Of a stretch of 64,000 bases of DNA, positions 20,382 through 29,344 are shown in pieces (the stretch's first letter is position 1; each line of letters opens with the position of its first letter). Source of the stretch: Candidatus Kerfeldbacteria bacterium (GTDB taxonomy: Bacteria > Patescibacteriota > Patescibacteriia > UBA9570 > XYC2-FULL-38-9); NCBI GenBank assembly GCA_016182555.1, contig JACPGJ010000004.1:14751-78750 (forward strand), given 5' to 3'. Made by a program: the position numbers and the translations under genes. Below the pieces are notes generated by a model. It did no database searches. It was not told where the DNA came from and saw only the letters and a program-made list of their open reading frames with translations.

Positions 20382-23313
20382 TGGGACCGGTGAAACCACC
20401 GAACGGGAAAAGTGTTTTTTCTAAAATACCGCCTGTCGCATTAAATACTTGAATCGTCGCTTGGCGGTCACCATTACTACCAACCACAATACGGTCGCTC
20501 CCAATTTGCGAAATATTTCCGGCCGCAATCGTACCGCCTCCGGTATAGGTTTGCACAAAACCGAAGAACCCTGGTTGCACCAACCGTGCATGACCATTGG
20601 CATTCATTCGGAATCGTTGCACAAGCACCTTTCCATTTACTGGTGTCGTCACCATATCTTCTTGCGCACTCCCACTACGCGCGACAGATGCCAAACGAAT
20701 ACCATCTTGCCCGAGATTATTTTCATACGGAGTAAATCGATCGAGTAATTTGCCAGTACTTGAAAAAATAAACACTTGCCCATGCCCACCCGCATCTTGT
20801 GCTACGGCAATTTCATCAGAACCAATGCCATCCCAATTGACCGCGGTAATAAATGCGCCAGTCAATAGTGAACGATCAAAGGCAAAAAAAGAATCTTGTT
20901 TTTTCCCATCTGCGTCAAACAGTCGCACTTCCGCTGGCCGTCCCGGCCCAGGTACGGTCGCGATTTCATCAATACCATCCGCATCAAAATCACCCACGGC
21001 AACACGCACTCCACCAGTGAATAATTTTTCATACGCGTTAAAATGAGCCACTTCACGGCCACTAGCTTCAAATATTTTCACGGTCGGGACACCACTCCCA
21101 GCCGCAGTCATCACTTCATCATGCAAATCACCATCTGTGTCACCTACGGCTGTTTCCATACGCGTCATACTTCCCGGTGCAAATGGTTGAAATGTTTTTT
21201 CGTACGTATTCGATTTTATGTTATACACGCGCACCGTCGGCACATCGTTATAGACGCTAGAAATCACCAAGCGTTCACGGGGTGTAAAGCGAATCGTTTT
21301 CTTTTTTGACACAGCAGTGTTGTCTAAATCATCCACCGCTTGAACTTGGTAGAGATATCGAGCGCCTGGTTTTACTTTTTTATCAATAAACGCTTTCTTC
21401 GGTTGCTTGACCGTGGCAATACGACGTAATGGTTCAACGGCACTCAGATGTGAATCATTATCGCGTTTCACAACACGAGTACGCAATACACGATACTGCG
21501 TAACATGTTCATTCCGTACCTTTGCCCATGAAACTTTCACACCATTACTGGTTTTCTGCAATGTCACCTGCTGTGGTTTTGCCACGCTCGTATCGATAAT
21601 ATAGGTCAATGCTGCAGCTGAATTTGAACGATTGCCCACACCATCTTCTGCCACAACACGCAGATAATATTGTACTTGATCACCGGAAATTTCTTCCGGT
21701 GAAAACGTCGTGCCCGTTTGAAATGTCCCTTTATTCACTGGCTTCGCATGTTGATCTTTTCCAAAATACACATAATACCCTGCAATACCATCATCATCCG
21801 AAACAGCAGACCAGGTAAAATACGGCGTGGTCTCGCTGCTACGTGTGTTTTGTTTGATTGCAGTCTTCTTCTTGCTGTCTATATACGCTTTCATATTGCT
21901 TGGCGCATCTGGGTTGTCGGCAAGAGCAATCCCCTCTACCGCAGCGGCCGCATCTACACGACCAGTGCCGTACGCACTACCCATATCTATATCATCAGCA
22001 GTGAGAGTAATAACGTCATGCAATTCGCTGATGCTCAGTGTCGGATCTTGCGATAATAATAACGTAGCCACGCCACTCACCACGGGTGTTGCCATAGATG
22101 TCCCTGATAGTTCTCCATACAAATTATCAAATCCATATCCATTATCATCGCTATAAAAAGTGGAATAAATATATTCACCGGGCGCCGCAACATCAACACA
22201 TGCATCGCCATAATTTGAAAAAGTAGATGCTTCTCCTGCTTCAGATGTCGATGCCACACCAATGACTTGCGGATAACAGATCGGGTAAAATTCGTTCTGG
22301 TTAATATTCACTCCATCGTTGCCAGCAGCGGCAATCACCGCTACACCGTGATCAATGGCGTAATTCACTCCTTCTTCTAAAACATCTGTTGAACCATATC
22401 CTCCCAAACTCATGTGTACAATGTTTGCCCCATTATCAACAGCATATTGAATACCGGCCGCAATCGCACTATCGGTTCCAGCACCTTCATCATCGAGTAC
22501 TTGCACAGCCATAAGAGAAGCATGCCACGCGACACCACTCAGACCAACACCGTTATCACCAACAGCGGCCACAATTCCTGCCACGTGTGTACCATGAGTG
22601 ACGCCCGTATCAGCACCCGCATAACCGTCGTTATCACGACCATCTGGTGACGGACTAGGATTACCATTATCATCCACAAAATCGTATCCATTCACATCAT
22701 CGACATAGCCATTCCCATCATCATCAATATCATTATCAGGAATTTCTCCATCATTCACCCACAAATTGTCGGCAATATCCGGGTGATCGGTATCGACGCC
22801 GGTATCGATAATCGCCACAACCACATTACGTGAACCTGTTTGCGTATCCCAAGCCTCAGCGGCGTTAATTCCTCCAGCCGCCGCTTCTTGCAAATGCCAC
22901 TGATCGGAAAAATTGGGGTCATCGGGGAGTACCGTGATATGACGAAGCTGATCTTGTTGAACATTCGCAATACCTGGAGTGTGTTGTAATTCTTTCATCA
23001 GCTGTGCACGGGCATCTACATTTTCGGCCGTCACTGTAATAAATGTCTTCCCATTGAGTTGGGTAATCTGGTCTGCATGCTGAACAATGGTGCGGTACAG
23101 TGCCAGGTTATGTGCGGCAAGCGCTGCCACACCAAAGGCAGATGGCCGATATTCAATAACCAACGTATTGGTGATATCTGTGGCAGGCAGGGTAGACCCT
23201 TCGGTTTTGGCATAGCTGGTAGCTGGTAAAAATAAAAAAACAAGCAGCAGTAGGCATGCTCGAAAAATCAAAATATGCTTTATTTGTGTTAAAAAAGAAG
23301 ATAACCTCCTCAT
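20353..23313 (-). CDS. Secreted subtilisin-like S8 serine peptidase with FN3 and C-terminal FG-GAP/VCBS-like repeats
   Basis: 986 aa. It has a signal peptide and the S8 catalytic triad motifs (AIIDTGVD, HGTHVAG, GTSMATP). The C-terminus carries repeated DFDADG/NWDGIGSDE beta-propeller motifs. Confidence 0.85.
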   Translation of the reverse strand: MRRLSSFLTQIKHILIFRACLLLLVFLFLPATSYAKTEGSTLPATDITNTLVIEYRPSAFGVAALAAHNLALYRTIVQHADQITQLNGKTFITVTAENVDARAQLMKELQHTPGIANVQQDQLRHITVLPDDPNFSDQWHLQEAAAGGINAAEAWDTQTGSRNVVVAIIDTGVDTDHPDIADNLWVNDGEIPDNDIDDDGNGYVDDVNGYDFVDDNGNPSPSPDGRDNDGYAGADTGVTHGTHVAGIVAAVGDNGVGLSGVAWHASLMAVQVLDDEGAGTDSAIAAGIQYAVDNGANIVHMSLGGYGSTDVLEEGVNYAIDHGVAVIAAAGNDGVNINQNEFYPICYPQVIGVASTSEAGEASTFSNYGDACVDVAAPGEYIYSTFYSDDNGYGFDNLYGELSGTSMATPVVSGVATLLLSQDPTLSISELHDVITLTADDIDMGSAYGTGRVDAAAAVEGIALADNPDAPSNMKAYIDSKKKTAIKQNTRSSETTPYFTWSAVSDDDGIAGYYVYFGKDQHAKPVNKGTFQTGTTFSPEEISGDQVQYYLRVVAEDGVGNRSNSAAALTYIIDTSVAKPQQVTLQKTSNGVKVSWAKVRNEHVTQYRVLRTRVVKRDNDSHLSAVEPLRRIATVKQPKKAFIDKKVKPGARYLYQVQAVDDLDNTAVSKKKTIRFTPRERLVISSVYNDVPTVRVYNIKSNTYEKTFQPFAPGSMTRMETAVGDTDGDLHDEVMTAAGSGVPTVKIFEASGREVAHFNAYEKLFTGGVRVAVGDFDADGIDEIATVPGPGRPAEVRLFDADGKKQDSFFAFDRSLLTGAFITAVNWDGIGSDEIAVAQDAGGHGQVFIFSSTGKLLDRFTPYENNLGQDGIRLASVARSGSAQEDMVTTPVNGKVLVQRFRMNANGHARLVQPGFFGFVQTYTGGGTIAAGNISQIGSDRIVVGSNGDRQATIQVFNATGGILEKTLFPFGGFTGPITVASGWVY

Positions 23314-23376
23314 ACATAATACATTCTACCATTTTTTTGAATCTTTTGCAAATTTTTATATGAAAAAAAGCTTATT

Positions 23377-23464
23377 TTCGGTTTTTATTCGGTTATCCAC
23401 AGGTAATATTTGACGTTCGGTTTTTATTCGGATATAGTGGTTTTACCGAATAATAACCGAATAT
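23377..23464. promoter_or_regulatory. Candidate LexA operators: three copies of TTCGGTT(T/A)TTATTCGG (two direct, one inverted) overlapping a TTGACG-N17-TATAGT promoter of lexA
   Basis: Copy A lies at 23377-23396 and copy B at 23416-23435. Copy B fills the spacer and overlaps the -10 element. Inverted copy C lies at 23445-23464. All sit immediately upstream of lexA. Confidence 0.4.
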
Positions 23465-23468
23465 CTCT

Positions 23469-24095
23469 ATGAGCAAAATTCTGCCAAAAAAGAAACAACA
23501 AGTTCTAAAATATCTCGCTGAGTTTATGAAAGAACATGGCTATGCTCCCCCACTCACAACTATTGCCGCACACTTTGGTCTTTCATCTACCGCCACCGTA
23601 CATGAACACATCGAATATCTCGAACAACACGGCTTTCTCACACGCGTGAATGGTGAAATGGAAATTGTAAAAAAAACAAATACGCAATTGAAGGAAGAAA
23701 CATATATGCCGGGGAGTGCATTTCAACTCCCTGTTGTCGGGCTTATTACCGCAGGCAGTCCCATTGAAGCGATTGAAGATCGCAGTGAAATATTAAGCGT
23801 GCCACGCGAACTCGCTCGCAATCCCAATTCGTATATTTTGAAGGTAAAAGGTGATTCAATGATTGAGAGCTTTATTGATGACGGAGATTTCGTGGTTGTT
23901 CAGAAACAAGATTATGCACGTGATGGAGATATTGTGGTCGCACTACTTGATGATGGGTCCGCAACGTTGAAAGAATATCATAAAGAAAAACGCTATGTTC
24001 GTTTGCAACCGCGCAATGCCAACTACGATCCTATTCGCGTAAAGAGCGTCGTCATTCAAGGAAAAGTCGTCGGCATCATTCGTCGCTTTCAATAA
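23469..24095 (+). CDS. lexA: LexA repressor (S24 peptidase)
   Basis: 208 aa. It has an N-terminal wHTH and a C-terminal S24 domain with GDSM (Ser nucleophile) and a Lys in VKGDSMIE...RVKS. Confidence 0.85.
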   Translation: MSKILPKKKQQVLKYLAEFMKEHGYAPPLTTIAAHFGLSSTATVHEHIEYLEQHGFLTRVNGEMEIVKKTNTQLKEETYMPGSAFQLPVVGLITAGSPIEAIEDRSEILSVPRELARNPNSYILKVKGDSMIESFIDDGDFVVVQKQDYARDGDIVVALLDDGSATLKEYHKEKRYVRLQPRNANYDPIRVKSVVIQGKVVGIIRRFQ

Positions 24096-24107
24096 ATATC
24101 ATCACTT

Positions 24108-24416
24108 ATGTCATTCGCACAAAATACCCCTATACAATTTCTGCCTGGTATTGGCGTACGAACCGCCCACGTGTTGCATGAATTAGATATTCATACGGCT
24201 GGGCAGTTAGCGCGCATTCCAGAAAAAATGTTAATTGAATTATTTGGCCCAAGTATTCGTTCTGTGCTCATGCTTGTGCATGGAACAACAAAAACGTTAC
24301 CCATCATGCAAAAAAAATTTAGCCCACGTGTCACAGTTGAAACGACACATATGCGACCAAAAAAAACATTCTTTCGGCGTTTACAACTCGCAACACAATT
24401 TATTGGCATGCTCTAA
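24108..24416 (+). pseudogene. Truncated Y-family DNA polymerase (DinB/Pol IV-like) remnant containing only the thumb/HhH region
   Basis: 102 aa. FLPGIGVRTAHVLHELDIHTAGQLARIPEKMLIELFGPS aligns to DinB residues ~180-260 (LAKIPGVGKVSAAKLEAMGLRTCGDVQKCDLVMLLKRFG). The palm/fingers and most of the little finger are absent. Confidence 0.5.
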
Positions 24417-24425
24417 ATATCTCTG

Positions 24426-24944
24426 TTGGAGGAATACGAAGATGCGTTTCTGGCCGCATGCTATGAACAAATTTTAATATCAAATCCAATGACACAAAAC
24501 ACTCATGAAACACGGCCTACACTCCGTGCTGCTGCCCATGTATTTCTTCGCAAAGGCAATGAAGTATTATTGTTGCGCCGATATCAAACCGGATATGAAG
24601 ATGGGAATTACAGCACGATTGCGGGGCATGTAGAAAACGGAGAAAGCTGTACCGAAACCGCCATACGTGAAGCTAAAGAAGAAGCGGGTGTGCAATTGCG
24701 AAAAGAAGATTTACAGCTGGTGCATATTATGCATCGCAACGGCCTGAATTTTGATAGCATTGATACATTTTTTGTCGCCAAACGTTGGGATGGTGAGCCA
24801 AAAAATGTTGAACCAGAAAAAAGCGACGACGTGCGCTGGTATCCAGTCGATGCACTACCTGAAAACACCATTCCCTATATTCGCGCTGCACTCCAACAAA
24901 TTGACTCCCCTCTCACCTACAGCGAATTTGGTTGGCACAATTAA
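24426..24944 (+). CDS. NUDIX hydrolase
   Basis: Nudix box GHVENGESCTETAIREAKEEAGV. An alternative start is the Met at 24489. Confidence 0.8.
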   Translation: MEEYEDAFLAACYEQILISNPMTQNTHETRPTLRAAAHVFLRKGNEVLLLRRYQTGYEDGNYSTIAGHVENGESCTETAIREAKEEAGVQLRKEDLQLVHIMHRNGLNFDSIDTFFVAKRWDGEPKNVEPEKSDDVRWYPVDALPENTIPYIRAALQQIDSPLTYSEFGWHN

Positions 24945-24952
24945 AAAATTTA

Positions 24953-25804
24953 TCATTGAAACGAAGAATGATGAAAGGCTTTTTTAAACATACGCTGTAA
25001 TCGTGCGGCTTTTTTTGAATTGTGTGAAATGATTAACTTGCTTCTCCCTGCCGATTCAACAATATGACGCAAATCAATTGCACACTGCGTATTCAATTGT
25101 TTTGTTGTCCGATAAAATGCATCGACACGTTGAGCAATATATTTATCAATTCGTACTTCAATAATAAAATTGCCAATCATGTTCATATAATACTGTTGCG
25201 GGAATACTGGTGTTGGTCGCATATAATATTGCACATGAGTTCCATCAGCAAACTTTGCCATAGCGCGATCTAGTGGGGTGTGTGCACCAACAGTCATAAA
25301 GAATGGATGATGTGTACGACGTGCATGGTCAATCAATGCTTGCTCACTATTATAGCGTGCAATCATAAACCACCAATGCGGATTATATAAATATAATGGA
25401 TCTGTTGCCGGAAATGTTTCGAGCAATACGAACAGTACATGGGTCCAAAACACATCCGTGCTTGCGGGACTTTGAAAATAGTATTGAATTTTTTCTCCAT
25501 CTTGAAGATCAAGAAAATGACCCGTGCCTTGCTCGGAATGGGTATATTGATGTTCCGCAATAGAAAAAAAACGATTCATCTCTTTTAACCAGCGTATATT
25601 CAGTGATGCAGCACCATTGTGAATAACAACCATTTCCGATTTTTTCAAATTCCGTAATGCAGCATAGACGGCTTGTTTAGTGGTCTGTGGACGTGTGGAT
25701 TGTACAACCTTTATCATATCTAAAATGAGTATCGGCCCTTGTTGAAGGTAGACGATAATCAAATCTTCAATACGTTGTTTGCTATGCAATTTCATGCATA
25801 ACAC
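24953..25804 (-). CDS. Hypothetical protein with a possible N-terminal winged-helix domain
   Basis: 283-aa ORF with host-like composition. Confidence 0.45.
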   Translation of the reverse strand: MLCMKLHSKQRIEDLIIVYLQQGPILILDMIKVVQSTRPQTTKQAVYAALRNLKKSEMVVIHNGAASLNIRWLKEMNRFFSIAEHQYTHSEQGTGHFLDLQDGEKIQYYFQSPASTDVFWTHVLFVLLETFPATDPLYLYNPHWWFMIARYNSEQALIDHARRTHHPFFMTVGAHTPLDRAMAKFADGTHVQYYMRPTPVFPQQYYMNMIGNFIIEVRIDKYIAQRVDAFYRTTKQLNTQCAIDLRHIVESAGRSKLIISHNSKKAARLQRMFKKAFHHSSFQ

Positions 25805-25924
25805 TATAACAGAAAAAAGTATTTGAGTAAAAACATTTTTTACTGCGCCCCTCTTTTATCATTATGTCTTGCCTAAAATGAATACCCCATTCAGGATGGA
25901 CGGGTACAATATATTTCTACCATT

Positions 25925-26290
25925 ATGAAACACTTATCAACCTGGAAAAATTTAGCTCCACAGCTTGTGCGTCAACGTATTCTTATTGAGGGAACAACAA
26001 AACACATTGTTGATCCGGAGCTCATTAAAAAATATTTACTCGCTCTGTCAACATGTGTACAAATGCGGCCACTACAACAGCCATTTTCCTACCCAGCAGA
26101 AAACATGGGGTATGGCGGATGGATCCATTGGATCACCTCTGGTGCGCATTTTTATTCGTATCCAACGAATCCTCCACTATTTACTGTAGATGCGTATACA
26201 TGCAAACCATTCGATGCTGAAGTGGCCGCTGAATTTACTCGTGACTATCTTCATGCTATCGAAATCGTTTGGAAAGAAATTGAGGTTTAA
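25925..26290 (+). CDS. S-adenosylmethionine decarboxylase-family (AdoMet_dc/SpeH-like) small protein
   Basis: 121 aa. HWITSGAHFYSYPTNPPLFTVDAYTCKPF matches the AdoMet_dc core ESHxxxHTWPExxxxxxDxFTC. Confidence 0.45.
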   Translation: MKHLSTWKNLAPQLVRQRILIEGTTKHIVDPELIKKYLLALSTCVQMRPLQQPFSYPAENMGYGGWIHWITSGAHFYSYPTNPPLFTVDAYTCKPFDAEVAAEFTRDYLHAIEIVWKEIEV

Positions 26291-26299
26291 ATAATCATG

Positions 26300-27100
26300 C
26301 TAAAACAAGCTGCCTTGGTGCGCAAACACAGCACCGGTGTCGGCAATATTCCACACATTGGCGAGCGTGAATTTACTTTTGTTATTGAGCAGATGACAGT
26401 ATGCCTCAAACCGTTCGCCATCAAATGAAAGTATTTCAATTTTGCGCTTCGTTATTTTAGCTTTTCCTGCTTCGTCTACTTCAAAATATTCAATGTCGAG
26501 CTGTTGATGTTTTTTAAAGGCCTCGGCTAATTGTTCACGAATAGATGGTGTGCGACCCCATGGAATTTCAATCGGTCGACGTTCGCCACCTGCGGGATAA
26601 TAAATGCGACCGTGTCGTAAACCGTATTCATACACATCTCGAGTTACCGCAACGTCGTCTAAACAATATTTTGCCAACGCATCCATATTCCCTTCGCGGT
26701 ACCACCGAATGGCATCCAAACCGCTCGCCGATTTTCCGGTATGAATCGTTGCTTGTGCCACATTATCCAGTTTCACCCGGTGACCCAATACTTTTTCAAT
26801 TTCTTTCAAAATATCGAGTTGCGGCAGACTGGCAAGTTTCAGTTGTTGAAAATAGGGCTGCAATACAGGCACGTCAAAATGAATGGAGTTAAAGCCAATG
26901 AGCAGTGGTTGTTCTTTAATGAGTATTTTTTCCAGTATCGGCAGGTCATCTTCAAAAAAACCAAATAGTTTCTGCTGCGAGTATGAATACACACCAACAT
27001 ACGACACGCCCAATTTTTCGCGATTTTGCACACCACCCACCTCGTCAAATGTTTTTTGGGTTTCGATATCGAAGACGATGATGTTTTGTGGGTTGATCAT
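26300..27100 (-). CDS. DEDD-family 3'-5' exonuclease related to the PolB exonuclease domain
   Basis: Exo I motif (IVFDIET), Exo II motif (IGFNSIHFDVPVL) and Exo III motif (YCLDDVAVT). The ORF is open from 27136; the start was taken at the MINPQN Met. Confidence 0.65.
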   Translation of the reverse strand: MINPQNIIVFDIETQKTFDEVGGVQNREKLGVSYVGVYSYSQQKLFGFFEDDLPILEKILIKEQPLLIGFNSIHFDVPVLQPYFQQLKLASLPQLDILKEIEKVLGHRVKLDNVAQATIHTGKSASGLDAIRWYREGNMDALAKYCLDDVAVTRDVYEYGLRHGRIYYPAGGERRPIEIPWGRTPSIREQLAEAFKKHQQLDIEYFEVDEAGKAKITKRKIEILSFDGERFEAYCHLLNNKSKFTLANVWNIADTGAVFAHQGSLF

Positions 27101-27116
27101 AAACCAGATAGTACCA

Positions 27117-27899
27117 TTACCACTCAACGTTTTCAAGAAAAGACGGGAACCCCTCTACGCGGTCTGTATCCGCTGGTGAAAATAAGAATGGTTGAACATC
27201 TTGCGCTAAATCACCAAAATCTAATGTGCGGCAGTGTGCAAGTAATCGCTCTTTCACCTGTTGTGGCTCACCAGTACCAATCTTTTCTTCCAGATAGGCA
27301 TAGCTTGGTTTTGTGCGCGCACTTAAAAATACGATATCAAAAAAATCTCTTCCTTTTGCACGCTTTCGTTCAAGCGCAGCAAGAATTTTTTGTGCTAATA
27401 GTAAATCGAGCGGTGTCACAAAAATTTGTGCAAATATATCAAATTTATTGATCTCTTTTTGATCTGGTGTATATACAAAATGGTGTGGTGCGGAATCAAT
27501 TTGAATGAGAATTTTTTCTTCTGTCTTTTCTGAGAGTTGATTATCGAATAATACTCGTGGGAATTTCATATAACAACGGTAAGCACCTTTTGCGATATGG
27601 CGCATTTCAACAATATACCCTTCCAATTCCAAATCGCGTTTTACTAACTGCGCAATCTCTTGAAAATCGTGTTCACTTAATCCAAAATGATCAAAGTCCA
27701 AATCTTCGGAGAAGCGAGTATTGTTGTACACAATGCGAAGAGCCGTACCGCCAAGAAATGACAACTGACGAGCGTATGGTGAGCGAAAAATACTGCGCAA
27801 TATTTTGTATTGCATGTATTCGCGCAATATGTGGCGCTTGAATTGACGCAAGTGCGGTGGATATTGTTGCTCAATTTCGGTGATGTTCAGCATAATCAA
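27117..27899 (-). CDS. AbiEii/AbiGii-family nucleotidyltransferase toxin (type IV toxin-antitoxin)
   Basis: FLGGTALRIVYNNTRFSEDLDFD is the AbiEii signature. 260 aa. Confidence 0.8.
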   Translation of the reverse strand: MIMLNITEIEQQYPPHLRQFKRHILREYMQYKILRSIFRSPYARQLSFLGGTALRIVYNNTRFSEDLDFDHFGLSEHDFQEIAQLVKRDLELEGYIVEMRHIAKGAYRCYMKFPRVLFDNQLSEKTEEKILIQIDSAPHHFVYTPDQKEINKFDIFAQIFVTPLDLLLAQKILAALERKRAKGRDFFDIVFLSARTKPSYAYLEEKIGTGEPQQVKERLLAHCRTLDFGDLAQDVQPFLFSPADTDRVEGFPSFLENVEW

Positions 27900-28506
27900 T
27901 AGATGTTAAAAAATGATGTATACGTTTTTCAAGCGCTGGACTATGAAATTCTTCAAGATAGCGAAATAATTTTTGACTATCTATGCTCTCTGTGCATTCT
28001 TGTTCATTAAAACGCATGCCTTCCATGTCTTCGAGCGTATTCAGATGCGAATGAATGTAGAAATAATCAAGGATTGTTTTTTCTGGTTCAGCCATGCGTA
28101 TGGTTCGTCCGTGATATTGCGCTAAATGATAGCCAAAAAATAACGCTGGTTTGATTGTGTGATAAAAAAAAGTTGTATGTAATGCATTCCGTAGTGTCGC
28201 TGTTTTTTTTGTTGTCGCAGACGTAATGCTATAGACTCCTTCCGGAATAAAACCATAATACGACAAGGCGCTTTCAAAAGAAACATAGGAGGGTGAATAG
28301 ACGGTATTGGCAATAAAAAAGAGGGTTTGTTCGTTCAATGGCAAGTCAGAAAAAATATAATACCCTCGAGCCACCCGCTGAATATAGCCTTTTTTGAACC
28401 ATTGCGTTAACTGCTTCTTGTCAAAATTTGGCTCAAGTAAGCGAATATCTGCAATAGAAAACACACCATATTTCTGAAATTTTTCCTTAAATTGAATATA
28501 ATTCAT
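27871..28506 (-). CDS. AbiEi-family antitoxin/transcriptional regulator
   Basis: 211 aa. It has an N-terminal wHTH-like region (LTQWFKKGYIQRVARGYY). It overlaps the downstream toxin gene by 29 nt, which is the classic AbiEi-AbiEii arrangement. Confidence 0.7.
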   Translation of the reverse strand: MNYIQFKEKFQKYGVFSIADIRLLEPNFDKKQLTQWFKKGYIQRVARGYYIFSDLPLNEQTLFFIANTVYSPSYVSFESALSYYGFIPEGVYSITSATTKKTATLRNALHTTFFYHTIKPALFFGYHLAQYHGRTIRMAEPEKTILDYFYIHSHLNTLEDMEGMRFNEQECTESIDSQKLFRYLEEFHSPALEKRIHHFLTSIDYAEHHRN

Positions 28507-28516
28507 TTCTATTGGA

Positions 28517-28557
28517 TACTAAAAATAGTAACTAATGGAATTATATAGTATTCTACT
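28517..28557. promoter_or_regulatory. Two palindromes sharing the TAGTA half-site (TACTA-aaaa-TAGTA at 28517-28530; AGTA-ttc-TACT at 28547-28557) upstream of abiEi; candidate autoregulatory operators
   Basis: Seen in the 66-bp intergenic region upstream of the antitoxin. AbiEi proteins are known to bind paired inverted repeats in their own promoter. Confidence 0.4.
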
Positions 28558-28572
28558 GAGTATGTCAATAAC

Positions 28573-29331
28573 CTACAACTCCCCGGCCTCGATCATCACT
28601 TCCACTTGCGCGCGGGCAGGGCAAATAGGTAAATAGTCACAGCTTTTGCAATAGGTATTTGGGGTTGGAGTAAATTCTTTTTCTTGGCGAATTTGTTCCA
28701 CTTGTTCTTTTACCAAATCGACAGCGGCTTCAGCCTCTTCTTGGCTAATATCCACGGAGTGCCATTCCCAGGTAGGCAAAAAGAGATAACTCGCTTTCGT
28801 GACTGGTCGTTTCTGATTGGCAGAAACGATGAGCGCATACAAAATCAATTGCAAATTCGACACATCGTCGGGGGTATACTTTCCGGTTTTGTAATCAATC
28901 ACGTGCAACGTACCATCTTCTAACTGGTCAGCGCGGTCAATGCGGCCAAGAATTTTGAGTGTTGGGTCAACTTCAATATCATAATAATCTTCTAACATTA
29001 CCGGCGTCACTTGCATATCCATGCGGTGCACAAATAAGCGCAACATATTCAGCGCTTTCACACCCCATTTTGCTTCGTCTTCGCGCGTGGCAAATCCTTT
29101 GCGGTTTTCCAACCAGCGTTTGCGTAACATTTTTTCGAGCCGTTCATACGTGCGGTCTTCGGGTTCGAGTTGTTCATAAAAATCTTTCAACGCATTGTGA
29201 ACATGCGCTCCCATGGTGAGGTATGGTTTCGGTTTTTTGTATTCTTTGTCCAAGTGGTCAATATACGAAAACTTGTACTGCTGCGGGCAAGTTTCGTACA
29301 TGCGCAATTTAAATGGCGAGGCTTTGAACAT
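28573..29331 (-). CDS. PD-(D/E)XK nuclease superfamily protein, Cas4/RecB-like with a Cys cluster
   Basis: 252 aa. It has an N-terminal Cys (YETCPQQY), the D-EXK core (IDRADQ...VIDYKTGK) and a C-terminal CKSCDYLPIC cysteine triad, as in Cas4/AddB Fe-S nucleases. Confidence 0.65.
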   Translation of the reverse strand: MFKASPFKLRMYETCPQQYKFSYIDHLDKEYKKPKPYLTMGAHVHNALKDFYEQLEPEDRTYERLEKMLRKRWLENRKGFATREDEAKWGVKALNMLRLFVHRMDMQVTPVMLEDYYDIEVDPTLKILGRIDRADQLEDGTLHVIDYKTGKYTPDDVSNLQLILYALIVSANQKRPVTKASYLFLPTWEWHSVDISQEEAEAAVDLVKEQVEQIRQEKEFTPTPNTYCKSCDYLPICPARAQVEVMIEAGEL

Positions 29332-29344
29332 AGGGGAAATATCA

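Noticed and set aside
28573-29331. Cas4-like nuclease as an indicator of a CRISPR-Cas locus
   Set aside because: No repeat-spacer array and no cas1/cas2 or effector genes anywhere in the window. It is treated as a solo PD-(D/E)XK nuclease.
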